Assembly (NCBI GenBank): GCA_034435455.1
Contig: DAOTXL010000128.1
Location: forward strand, 21,653-85,652
Origin: Anaerolineae bacterium
GTDB lineage: Bacteria; Chloroflexota; Anaerolineae; JAAYZQ01
Direction of reading: 5' to 3'
DNA: 64,000 nucleotides
Below, in pieces: positions 1 through 7,963 of this stretch (position 1 is the first letter of the stretch; each line of letters opens with the position of its first letter). The notes under the pieces were generated by a model. It had not been told where the DNA came from and did no database searches. It saw nothing but the letters and a program-made list of their open reading frames with translations. A program made the position numbers and the translations under genes.

Positions 1-908
1 ACCTTGACGGTGACGTCGGCAGAGCCGATGAAAAGCCGCCCGACTGTGCCGTCACTCACCGCTTCTGGCGAGCGGGGCAGGCACCGCAGCCGGACATCGA
101 GGCGCCTGGTAGGGCGCATCCGGCCGGGAATGGTCAGCAGGTCCCCCCGCTTCAGATCCCCGACGGCCACGTTGGTCAGATTGACGGCGACCCGTGTGCC
201 GGGCCTGGCCGTCTCGACCCGGCGTTTGTGGGTTTCCAGGGTGCGGATGCGGCTTTTTATGCCGGCAGGCAAAATCTCTACCTCCTGGCCGACGGTCAGC
301 GTGCCGTCCAGGCAGGTCCCCGTCACCACGGTGCCGAACCCGGCGATGCTGAAGGCCCGGTCGATCCACAGCCGGGGGCGTCCCAGGTCGGGGCGCGGCG
401 CCGTCTCCGACAGCACCTGCTCCAGCGCGGCCACCAGATCGGCCAGGCCCTGTCCGTTGACCGCCGAGACAGGGACCAGAGGGGAGTGGGCCAGGGTTGT
501 GCCGGCCAACGCTTCCCTGACCTCCTCGATAGCCAGATCTCGGAGCTCCGCGTCTACCAGATCGGTCTTGGTAATGGCCACCACCCCTTTTTGCACCTGG
601 AGCAGGTCCAGGATGGCCAGGTGCTCCCAGGTCTGGGGCATCATCCCATCGTTGGCCGCGACGACCAGCAGGGCGGCATCAATGCAGCCCACCCCGGCGA
701 GCATGTTCTTGAGAAACCGCTCGTGGCCCGGGACATCCACAATGCTGATCTCCTGGCCGCCGGGCAGGCGGAGCCAGGCGAACCCCAGGTCGGTGGTCAT
801 GCCCCGCGCCTTTTCTTCCGGCAGGCGGTCGGGGTCAATGCCGGTCAGCGCCTTGACCAGGCGCGACTTGCCGTGGTTTACATGTCCGGCTGTGCCTACA
901 ACGTACAT
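1..908 (-). CDS. selB: Selenocysteine-specific elongation factor SelB, N-terminal GTPase domain plus domain II. Truncated by the window start; start codon ATG at 908-906.
   Basis: Minus-strand translation starting MYVVGTAGHVNHGKS...DRLPEEKARGMTTDLGFA...DVPGHERFLKNMLAGVGCIDAALLVVAANDGMMPQTWEHL...IDRAFSIAGFGTVVTGT is collinear with E. coli SelB (MIIATAGHVDHGKT...DRLPEEKKRGMTIDLG...IDRAFTVKGAGLVVTGT). The reading frame is open to position 1. Not in the ORF track because it has no stop within the window. Confidence 0.85.
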   Translation of the reverse strand, partial: MYVVGTAGHVNHGKSRLVKALTGIDPDRLPEEKARGMTTDLGFAWLRLPGGQEISIVDVPGHERFLKNMLAGVGCIDAALLVVAANDGMMPQTWEHLAILDLLQVQKGVVAITKTDLVDAELRDLAIEEVREALAGTTLAHSPLVPVSAVNGQGLADLVAALEQVLSETAPRPDLGRPRLWIDRAFSIAGFGTVVTGTCLDGTLTVGQEVEILPAGIKSRIRTLETHKRRVETARPGTRVAVNLTNVAVGDLKRGDLLTIPGRMRPTRRLDVRLRCLPRSPEAVSDGTVGRLFIGSADVTVK

Positions 909-919
909 TTCTTTGCCAA

Positions 920-1011
920 AGAGGGCGGAGGGAATCGAACCCACCCTGGCTTGCAGCGCAAGCCCAGCTCACGATTTTGCAGACCGTGGGGAACCCAGTT
1001 CCATCGCCCTC
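920..1011 (-). tRNA. Class-II-like tRNA gene (about 92 nt) with anticodon GCA (Cys), long variable arm, candidate 6-bp anticodon stem and U discriminator. Possible tRNASec-like tRNACys / selC-like element.
   Basis: Folded by hand on the minus strand. 7-bp acceptor GAGGGCG/CGCCCUC. D hairpin GGAAC-UGG-GUUCC. Anticodon stem CACGGU/AUCGUG with loop C-U-GCA-A-A (U33, purine 37). Variable arm GGCUUGC-GCU-GCAAGCC (7 bp). T arm GUGGG-UUCGAUU-CCCUC (canonical T loop, one U-U mismatch in the stem). Discriminator U at 920. CCA not encoded. Lies 11 nt upstream of the selB ATG. Confidence 0.5.
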
Positions 1012-1035
1012 AAAGACAGGGGTAGGATGGCCTTT

Positions 1036-1105
1036 TCAGCCATCCGGGGCAGGCTGGAAGGCCTGCCCTACCGGGCCATCCGGGGCAGGCTGGAAAGCCT
1101 GCCCC
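1036..1105. repeat. Two tandem near-identical hairpins, about 34-nt period (GCCATCCGGGGCAGGCTGGAAGGCCTGCCC). Likely a tandem terminator for mop, or a structured spacer between mop and the tRNA-like gene.
   Basis: Direct repeat catccggggcaggctggaaggcctgccc appears twice with 1-2 substitutions. Each copy is a GGGCAGGC/GCCTGCCC stem with a 6-nt loop. Confidence 0.55.
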
Positions 1106-1109
1106 ACTC

Positions 1110-1319
1110 TTACGCTTTGACCGGCAGGACGTGGACCGCTTTGATGAACAGCTCTACCTCGTCGCCGACCTCGAGCTCCATCTCCTCCAGCGATTCGACG
1201 GTAATGACCGAGCTCATCACCGATTCGGCCGGGATGACGAGCTTGATCTGGGCCATCACGTCGCCGCGCTTGATGGCGGTCACCTGGGCCTTCAACCGGT
1301 TCCGTGCACCGACCTTCAT
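1110..1319 (-). CDS. Molbindin (Mop / TOBE-domain molybdate/tungstate-binding protein), 69 aa.
   Basis: MKVGARNRLKAQVTAIKRGDVMAQIKLVIP...GDEVELFIKAVHVLPVKA fits the single TOBE/Mop domain pattern. GGAGGTG RBS upstream of the ATG. Confidence 0.8.
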   Translation of the reverse strand: MKVGARNRLKAQVTAIKRGDVMAQIKLVIPAESVMSSVITVESLEEMELEVGDEVELFIKAVHVLPVKA

Positions 1320-1421
1320 GTTTTTTCACCTCCGTTCATCCTGGCCCGGACAGGCCGGAACCGAAAACTACCCACTTGCGCACCAGCCCTTGCCCGTGCG
1401 CGGCATGGCTGGTGAGGTGCG

Positions 1422-2576
1422 TCAGGCCGCCCCTTTCGCCAACCGGCGCACGGCGCCGATGGCCGCGTCCACCTCTGCGGCCGTATTCCACGCGGCCAAC
1501 CCAAAACGCACCGTGCCTGTCGGAAAGGTGCCCAGCGTCTTGTGCGCGGCGGGGGCGCAGTGCAGCCCCACCCGGCACAAAATCCCATACTCCTCGTCCA
1601 GCCGCAGGCCGACCTCAGAAGGCTCCAGGCCGGCAATGTTGAAAGAAACGGTGGCCGTCTGACGGGATGCGTCCAGGGTCCCATACACGATCACCCCGGG
1701 GATCGCCCGCAGACCATCGATCAACCGCTGCGTCAGCGCCATTTCGTGGGCGCGGATCGCCTCTGTGCCCTGTTGCTCGATCCAGCGGATGCCGGCCTCC
1801 AGCCCGGCCAGGCCAACGGCGTTGAGCGTGCCGCTCTCGCAAGAGTCGGGCAAAAAGTCGGGTTGTTCCTCTTGCTCCGAGCGGCTGCCGGTGCCCCCCC
1901 GCTTGAGCGGGTTCAGGAGCGAGGGGTTCACCCGCTCGCCGATGATCAGGCCGCCGGTGCCCATCGGCCCGTAGAGCGACTTGTGCCCGGTGAAGGCGAG
2001 CAGGTCAATGGCCTCGGCCTCCATGTCTATCGGGAGGGCCCCCGCTGTTTGCGCGGCATCGGCCAGCAGGAGCAACCCGTGGCGGCGGGCGATCAGCCCC
2101 ACCTCCGCCACCGGCAGGAGGGTGCCCACTACGTTGGACGCATGGTTGAGGATGATCATCCGGGTGTCGGGCCGGATCGCCGCCGCGATGGCGGCCGGAT
2201 CGAGGACCCCTTCGGGTGAGCAGCCGACCACCGTGACCCGGACCCCCTGGCGCTCAAGGGCGCGGAGAGGGCGCATGACCGAGTTGTGCTCCATACTGCT
2301 GGTGATCACATGATCGCCGGGGCGCAACAGGCCGCCCATCGCCAGGTTGAGCGCCTCGGTGGCGTTTGCCCCGAACACCACCCGCAGCGGGTCGGGCGCA
2401 CCCAGCAGCCGGGCCACCGCTTCACGCGCGGCATAGACGATGCGAGCCGCCTCCACCGCCAACCGGTGCCCGGACCGGCCCGGATTCGCCCCGACCTGGT
2501 CCAGGTAGTGGACCAGGGCCTCGGCCACGCCGGGCGGTTTGGGCCAGGAGGTAGCGGCGTTGTCAAAGTAGATCAT
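1422..2576 (-). CDS. Class V aminotransferase: cysteine desulfurase / selenocysteine lyase family (384 aa).
   Basis: MIYFDNAATSWPKP...TSSMEHNSV...AFTGHKSLYGPMGTGGLI (PLP lysine) ...RVGLHCAPAAHKTLG (active-site Cys). The ATG overlaps the upstream TusA-like stop (ATGA coupling). Confidence 0.85.
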   Translation of the reverse strand: MIYFDNAATSWPKPPGVAEALVHYLDQVGANPGRSGHRLAVEAARIVYAAREAVARLLGAPDPLRVVFGANATEALNLAMGGLLRPGDHVITSSMEHNSVMRPLRALERQGVRVTVVGCSPEGVLDPAAIAAAIRPDTRMIILNHASNVVGTLLPVAEVGLIARRHGLLLLADAAQTAGALPIDMEAEAIDLLAFTGHKSLYGPMGTGGLIIGERVNPSLLNPLKRGGTGSRSEQEEQPDFLPDSCESGTLNAVGLAGLEAGIRWIEQQGTEAIRAHEMALTQRLIDGLRAIPGVIVYGTLDASRQTATVSFNIAGLEPSEVGLRLDEEYGILCRVGLHCAPAAHKTLGTFPTGTVRFGLAAWNTAAEVDAAIGAVRRLAKGAA

Positions 2577-2785
2577 GGCCTTGTGATGATCAACTTGAAC
2601 TCGTCGTCCACCGGTTCGACCTGGACCTTGAGGCCGGCACCCTCGGCCATGCGGCGCACATTCTCGCGCGAGGTCACCGTGTCTACCAGGACCTCGATGG
2701 GGAACCGGGCGGCGTTGATGGCGTTTCTGGCCAGGATGACCGGCTGGGGGCACGACAGGCCACGAGCATCAACCAGGTGAGACAT
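2573..2785 (-). CDS. TusA/YedF-like sulfur (selenium) carrier protein, 70 aa.
   Basis: MSHLVDARGLSCPQPVILARNAI... carries the CPxP motif of the TusA/SirA/YedF family. Immediately downstream of the YedE-like gene, matching the yedE-yedF pairing. Confidence 0.8.
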   Translation of the reverse strand: MSHLVDARGLSCPQPVILARNAINAARFPIEVLVDTVTSRENVRRMAEGAGLKVQVEPVDDEFKLIITRP

Positions 2786-2787
2786 AG

Positions 2788-3909
2788 TTACCCTCCTCTT
2801 TGCTTTTCGCGCATAGTAAAGCCGATGAGCAGGCAGATCACCAGGCCCAGGATTACGGCAGCCATGCCGGCCGGGGTGAGACCGCCTGTCTGCACCGCAC
2901 CCTCGACCACTTTGTCCGGGCTGCCCGCCAGCGCCCAGTTGTGGGCAAACCCCGCCCCGACGATCATGCCCAGGACAAATACCGCGGCGTCGCCATCCCC
3001 TTCGCCCGAAAGGAACAGTTGTCGCCCCGGGCAGCCACCCGCCAGGGCAAAGGCCAGCCCGGCCAGTGCCATGCCCAAAAAGTTCCACAGGTGGTTGCTG
3101 TGGGCCACCGGCTGGCCGGCAAAGCCGAATTTGACCTGCCCCAGGATCAGGTTGGTGACAAAAGCCACCACCAGCAACGCCCCCACGCCGCTGATGAGGT
3201 GAAAATCGCGCATCAGGATCACGTCGCGGACGGCACCCATGGTGCAAAAGCGGGTGCGCTGGGCCAGAAAGCCGATGACCAGCCCCACCGCCAGGGAGAT
3301 GAGCAGGGGTGCATGTTGCGAGCCCGGCCCGCTCTGGCTGAAAAAGATCGGGCCGTCCTGGCTGAACTGCGGCCGGAAGAGGAGGAGCAGCAGGAGGCCC
3401 ACCATGATCAGCGGCATCACCCAGCCGACAGCGGTGTGGGTCTTGTAGCTGCGGCCCAGGTTGTAGCCGGACTTGAGGAACCAGACGCCGATGGCAATGC
3501 CGGTTGCCAGCCCGGCCAGGGCCAGGATGGCGTTCAGATCGCCGCCGGTCAGGCGCAACAAGGCCCGCCAGGGGCAGCCCAGGAAGGCCAGGGCCCCGAT
3601 CATGGCCAACATGCCCAGGACAAAGCGCACGATGGGCGCGGAGCCGGCACGGGCCTTGAACTCGCCAAACAGGTACGCAGCGACCATGGCCCCCAGGACA
3701 AAGCCGATGATCTCGGGCCGGATGTACTGCACCAGGCTGGCGCGGTGGAGCCCCAACGCCCCGGCAATGTCGCGCTCAAAGCAGGCCACGCAGATGCCCA
3801 TGTTCTTGGGGTTTCCGGCGTACTGCAAGAGCGGGGCCAGCAGCCCGATGACCGCCCCGGCCAGGATGATGCCCCACCGCGAGGCAAAAAAACGGGTCAA
3901 CTTGGACAT
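2788..3909 (-). CDS. YedE/YeeE family membrane transporter (putative selenium/thiosulfate transport), 374 aa.
   Basis: Polytopic membrane protein with the MGICVACF motif typical of YeeE/YedE. GGAGG RBS before the ATG at 3909. Confidence 0.8.
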   Translation of the reverse strand: MSKLTRFFASRWGIILAGAVIGLLAPLLQYAGNPKNMGICVACFERDIAGALGLHRASLVQYIRPEIIGFVLGAMVAAYLFGEFKARAGSAPIVRFVLGMLAMIGALAFLGCPWRALLRLTGGDLNAILALAGLATGIAIGVWFLKSGYNLGRSYKTHTAVGWVMPLIMVGLLLLLLFRPQFSQDGPIFFSQSGPGSQHAPLLISLAVGLVIGFLAQRTRFCTMGAVRDVILMRDFHLISGVGALLVVAFVTNLILGQVKFGFAGQPVAHSNHLWNFLGMALAGLAFALAGGCPGRQLFLSGEGDGDAAVFVLGMIVGAGFAHNWALAGSPDKVVEGAVQTGGLTPAGMAAVILGLVICLLIGFTMREKQRGG

Positions 3910-4315
3910 GATGCTTTCCTCCCTCGATAAATATTCCCGCACACCCCTCAGCCCCCGTTGCTGTAGAGTGCGACGCGGTCATCAAAAAAGCCGCCGCCAG
4001 CACACACCGGCAGCGGCCTGAGAGCATGGAGCACGTCCGTTCAGGATCGGACCTCCCTGCCGCCCTCCAGAAGGTGCAGGCACCCCAGTATGCACCGACC
4101 GGTACGCCGGTTTGAGCTTCAGGTTCTCCAGCCGCACATCCTCGATACGCACACCTTCCTGAGCAGGTCAGGGTACAACCAATCTATAACGAATAGCTAT
4201 GGTAGCTATATTGTGAGTATATTTTACCAGAGGGGCGGGGGATTGTCAAATGACCGGGGACCGATGGACAATGGCGGATGGCCGATGGCTCATGGATAGG
4301 TTCCCGCTGTCCGGG

Positions 4316-4555
4316 TCAGGGTTCGTCGGCCAGGAACATGCTCAATTGTTGCTGGTTGCCGGCCACGTTCAGTTGCTGCACCTGCAGTTCGGCGGCGTTG
4401 AGGGCGCTGTCGCAACGGTGGGCCAGGCACATCCCCCGCTCATAGAGGGCAATGGCCTCCTCCAACGTCAACTCCCCTTCCTCTAGGCGGCGGACGGTCT
4501 TTTCCAGTTCAGCAAAGGCCTCTTCGAATGTGAATTTTTCTATGTCATTCTCCAT
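4316..4555 (-). CDS. xseB: Exodeoxyribonuclease VII small subunit.
   Basis: 79 aa, MENDIEKFTFEEAFAELEKTVRRLEEGELTLEEAIALYERG. Confidence 0.85.
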   Translation of the reverse strand: MENDIEKFTFEEAFAELEKTVRRLEEGELTLEEAIALYERGMCLAHRCDSALNAAELQVQQLNVAGNQQQLSMFLADEP

Positions 4556-5783
4556 CTTGTCCTCCGTTTCTAGCTATAGCCTTGAATTCTCCATCGTGGA
4601 CCCGAATGGCCAGGGCGTCGCCGGCCTGCACCTGGACCACCCGGCGCACCACAGCCCCGCTATCGGCGCGGCGGACGATGGCGTAGCCGCGTTCCAGCGT
4701 CGCCAGGGGGCTGAGGGCGGCCAGCCGGGCTTGAAACCCGGCCAGGGCGGAGCGGTGCAGCGCCAGGTTGTGGTTCAGGGCGCGAGCGGCTTGCCGGGTC
4801 AGGTCGTCCACCTGCTGGCGGTAGAAGGCCACACGGGTCTGGGGCGAGAGGCGCTGCAGGGCACGCTGCTGCTGCTCCAGCATCCGACGCGCCTGGCGCA
4901 GGCGGCGCTCCAGGTTCTGCCCCAGGTAGCGGCTCCAGGCCGCCATGCGTTGCCGCAACTCGGCCTGGTCGGGGACGGACAGTTCGGCAGCGGCGGAGGG
5001 GGTCGGGGCCCGCAGGTCGGCCACAAAGTCGGCGATGGTAAAGTCGGTTTCGTGGCCTACCCCGCTGACCACGGGGTGGCGGCAGGCGGCTATTGCCCGC
5101 GCCACCGCCTCGTCGTTAAAGGCCCACAGCTCCTCCAGCGAGCCGCCTCCCCGCACCAACAGGATGATGTCCAGGTCGTCGCGGGCATCCAGGGTGCGCA
5201 GTGCGGCGGCGATCTGCGGGGGGGCCATCTCGCCCTGAACCAGGGTCGGGGCCAGCAACACGCGGACCAGTGGATAGCGGCGGCGCAGCACATTTAACAC
5301 GTCGCGCAGAGCAGCTGCCTGGGGGGAGGTGACGATCCCCAGCACGCGGGGGAAGGGGGGCAACGGCTTTTTGCGGGCGGCGTCGAACAGGCCCTCGGCC
5401 TTGAGCCGGTCGCGCAACTCCTCGAAACGGGCATGCAGGTCGCCCAGGCCGGCCGGCTGCAGGCGGTCCACATAGAGCTGGTAGCGCCCCTGAGCGGGAT
5501 AGAGCGAGATGTGACCGTGGGCCAGGGCCGCCACGCCCTGTTTCGGCTGCCAGGCCAGTTGCTCTGCTGCCGTCCGCCACATGATGCAACTCAGCGTGGC
5601 GTTGGCATCTTTCAGGGTGAAATAGAGGTGCCCGGCCGACGACCGGGTCCAGTTCGAGATCTCGCCGGTCAGCCACAGGTCCTGCAGCGTCGCATCGTCC
5701 TCCAGCACTTTTTGGATGTGCTGGGTTAATCCACTTACAGTCCAGACCCGGATATTGGGGGTTGGGGATTGGAAATGGGTCAT
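4545..5783 (-). CDS. xseA: Exodeoxyribonuclease VII large subunit.
   Basis: 412 aa. OB-fold N-terminus (SGEISNWTRSSAGHLYFTLKD) and catalytic core. Overlaps xseB by 11 nt. Confidence 0.85.
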   Translation of the reverse strand: MTHFQSPTPNIRVWTVSGLTQHIQKVLEDDATLQDLWLTGEISNWTRSSAGHLYFTLKDANATLSCIMWRTAAEQLAWQPKQGVAALAHGHISLYPAQGRYQLYVDRLQPAGLGDLHARFEELRDRLKAEGLFDAARKKPLPPFPRVLGIVTSPQAAALRDVLNVLRRRYPLVRVLLAPTLVQGEMAPPQIAAALRTLDARDDLDIILLVRGGGSLEELWAFNDEAVARAIAACRHPVVSGVGHETDFTIADFVADLRAPTPSAAAELSVPDQAELRQRMAAWSRYLGQNLERRLRQARRMLEQQQRALQRLSPQTRVAFYRQQVDDLTRQAARALNHNLALHRSALAGFQARLAALSPLATLERGYAIVRRADSGAVVRRVVQVQAGDALAIRVHDGEFKAIARNGGQDGE

Positions 5784-6730
5784 GGGCTGTTGGCCCTTTT
5801 CACGGCGCGGACAATGGCTTCGGCCACGACTTCGGCGGCATAGGCCCCGATGAGATTCACATCGGCCCGCTTCTGACCGGTGGCCAGGGCAAAGAGGGTA
5901 TCGCCGTCGAACAGGGTGTGGGCCGGGCGGATGGCCCGCGCCAGGCCGTCGTGGGCCATCTGGGCCACCTTGTTGGCCTCCTCTTTGGTCAGGCGGGCGT
6001 TGGTGGCCACAACGCCGATGACGGTGTGGCTGCCGGCGAAGCGCAGGACCGTCTTGCCGACCAGGCCCTTCATCGTCGCCAGGGTGTCGGCAAAGCCGCT
6101 GCCGGTCAGTGCCCGCGCCCCGGCCAGGATCTCCCCCGTGCGCGGGTCTACGACATCGCCAAAGGCATTGACGGCCACGAGGGCGCCTGCGACCAGGCCG
6201 CCCCCCAGGTTGACGCTGGCCGTGCCCAGGCCCGATTTGCTGGCGTGGCCCGGCCCCAGCACCTTGCCGACCGTGCAGCCGGTCCCGGCGCCGACGCGCC
6301 CTTCGGCCACCGGGCCCTCTGTGGCTGCCTGGCAGGCGGCGTAGCCCATCGCCGCGTCGGGGCGGATGCCGGCATCGCCCACGTCCAGGTCGAACAGGAT
6401 GGCGGCCGGGACGATGGGCACCCTGGCGACCCGGGCATCAAAGCCGATGCCCCGCTCCTCCAGCCAGCGGACGACCCCACTTGCCGCGTCCAGGCCGAAG
6501 GCGCTGCCCCCGGCCAGGAGCACCCCGTGGACCCGTTGCACCAGGTGCATGGGCCGCAGCAGGTCGGTCTCGCGGGTGCCGGGTGCGCCGCCGCGCTGAT
6601 CCACCCCCCCCACCGCCCCCTCCGGCGGACAGAGCACAACGGTACAGCCGGTCATCGCGTCGGCGTTGGTAGCGTGTCCCACGCGGATGCCGGGCACGTC
6701 GGTAATGGCATTGTACCACGGTTTAGCCAT
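5780..6730 (-). CDS. P1/S58 family peptidase (DmpA / L-aminopeptidase D-Ala-esterase/amidase-like).
   Basis: 316 aa with GHATN...GCTVV...GTGAT-like motifs. AGGAGG RBS. Confidence 0.7.
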   Translation of the reverse strand: MAKPWYNAITDVPGIRVGHATNADAMTGCTVVLCPPEGAVGGVDQRGGAPGTRETDLLRPMHLVQRVHGVLLAGGSAFGLDAASGVVRWLEERGIGFDARVARVPIVPAAILFDLDVGDAGIRPDAAMGYAACQAATEGPVAEGRVGAGTGCTVGKVLGPGHASKSGLGTASVNLGGGLVAGALVAVNAFGDVVDPRTGEILAGARALTGSGFADTLATMKGLVGKTVLRFAGSHTVIGVVATNARLTKEEANKVAQMAHDGLARAIRPAHTLFDGDTLFALATGQKRADVNLIGAYAAEVVAEAIVRAVKRANSP

Positions 6731-6743
6731 CCCTTTCCTCCTC

Positions 6744-7952
6744 CTACGCTTTACGCTTTACGCTCAACAACAAGGCCACCACCCGTTCCACGATCCGCCG
6801 GGCAACCTCCTCCTTGGGCAGGAGAGGGAGCTCGGCCACACTGCCGTCGTCGCCGAGAAGGGTCACCTGGTTGGTGGCTGCACCGATGGCCTGTCGGGCG
6901 TCGTTGGCGACGATCAGGTTCAGGCGTTTGCGTTCCAGCTTTTCCCGGGCGTTTTCCAGCAGGTTTTCCGTCTCGGCGGCAAAGCCGACGATGATCTGGT
7001 CGGTGCGGCGCACGTTGGCCACTTCGGCCAGGATGTCGGGCGTGCGCACCAGCTCCACCGTCAGCCCGGCCTGGCTCTTTTTGATTTTGTGCCCGGTGGC
7101 TTTCGCCGGGGCAAAGTCGGCCACCGCGGCGGCCATGAGCAGAGCATCGGCGGTGGGCAGGGCGTGCAGTACGGCGTCGCGCATCTGCCCGGCCGTCTCG
7201 ACCGATACCAGTTCGGTGCCAAAGGGGGCGGGCCTCTCGACGGTGCTGATCAGCGTCACCTGAGCGCCGTGATCGCGGGCGGCGCGGGCCAGGGCGTAGC
7301 CCATCTGCCCCGAAGAGCGGTTGCCGATGAAGCGCACCGGGTCCAGCGGTTCCCGCGTGCCGCCGGCGGTGACCACCACCCGCCGCCCGGCCAGCGGTCC
7401 GCGCCGGGCCAGCACCCAGCAGGCGGCATCCAGGATCTCGTCCGGTTCGGCCATGCGCCCCACCCCCGAGGCTCCTGAAGCCAGCCGTCCCTCTTCCGGG
7501 CCGATGAGGGTCACGTCGCGCCGGGCCCGCAGGCGGGCGAGGTTGTCCTGGGTCAGGGGGTTGGTCCACATGTGGCTCTCCATCGCCGGGGCGAGGAGGA
7601 TGGGCGCTTCGGTAGCCAGGGCGGTGGTGGTCAGCATATTGTCGGCCAGGCCGGCGGCCAGCCTGGCGATGGTGTTGGCCGTGGCCGGGGCGATGATCAG
7701 CAGGTCGGCGCGCCGGGCCAGGCTGACATGGCCGATTTCGGTCTCGGCCAGCAGGGTGAACATCTCGGTCACCACGGGGCGGTGGGTGAGGGCCTGAAAG
7801 GTGAGGGGGGCCACGAACTGGCGGGCGGCCTCGGTCATCACCACATCCACCACCGCCCCGGCCTTGACCAGACCGCTGCACAACACGGCCGCTTTGTAGG
7901 CGGCGATGCCGCCGGTAACGCCCAGGACGATCGATTTGCCTTGCAAGATCAT
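6744..7952 (-). CDS. coaBC: Bifunctional phosphopantothenoylcysteine decarboxylase / phosphopantothenate-cysteine ligase.
   Basis: MILQGKSIVLGVTGGIAAYKA (flavoprotein domain) plus a C-terminal CoaB domain. The ORF-track start at 7967 is a TTG. The ATG at 7952 has a GAGGGAAGG RBS. Confidence 0.9.
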   Translation of the reverse strand: MILQGKSIVLGVTGGIAAYKAAVLCSGLVKAGAVVDVVMTEAARQFVAPLTFQALTHRPVVTEMFTLLAETEIGHVSLARRADLLIIAPATANTIARLAAGLADNMLTTTALATEAPILLAPAMESHMWTNPLTQDNLARLRARRDVTLIGPEEGRLASGASGVGRMAEPDEILDAACWVLARRGPLAGRRVVVTAGGTREPLDPVRFIGNRSSGQMGYALARAARDHGAQVTLISTVERPAPFGTELVSVETAGQMRDAVLHALPTADALLMAAAVADFAPAKATGHKIKKSQAGLTVELVRTPDILAEVANVRRTDQIIVGFAAETENLLENAREKLERKRLNLIVANDARQAIGAATNQVTLLGDDGSVAELPLLPKEEVARRIVERVVALLLSVKRKA

Positions 7953-7963
7953 AACCCCTTCCC

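Noticed and set aside
920-1011. Canonical selC (tRNASec, anticodon UCA).
   Set aside because: No UCA triplet can be placed in a 7-nt anticodon loop. The only canonical loop gives GCA, so it is called an unusual tRNA-like gene rather than selC.
1036-1105. CRISPR array.
   Set aside because: Only two adjacent repeat copies with no spacers. They are simple tandem hairpins.
4-1662. 552-aa plus-strand ORF heading the ORF track.
   Set aside because: It lies antisense to the clearly homologous selB and mop genes. It is Arg/Pro/Ser-rich with no recognisable domains, a typical high-GC shadow ORF.
6590-6625. Poly-G/C tract producing GGGGGGGG in one frame.
   Set aside because: It is inside the dmpA-like coding sequence in another frame, so it is an artefact of frame translation.
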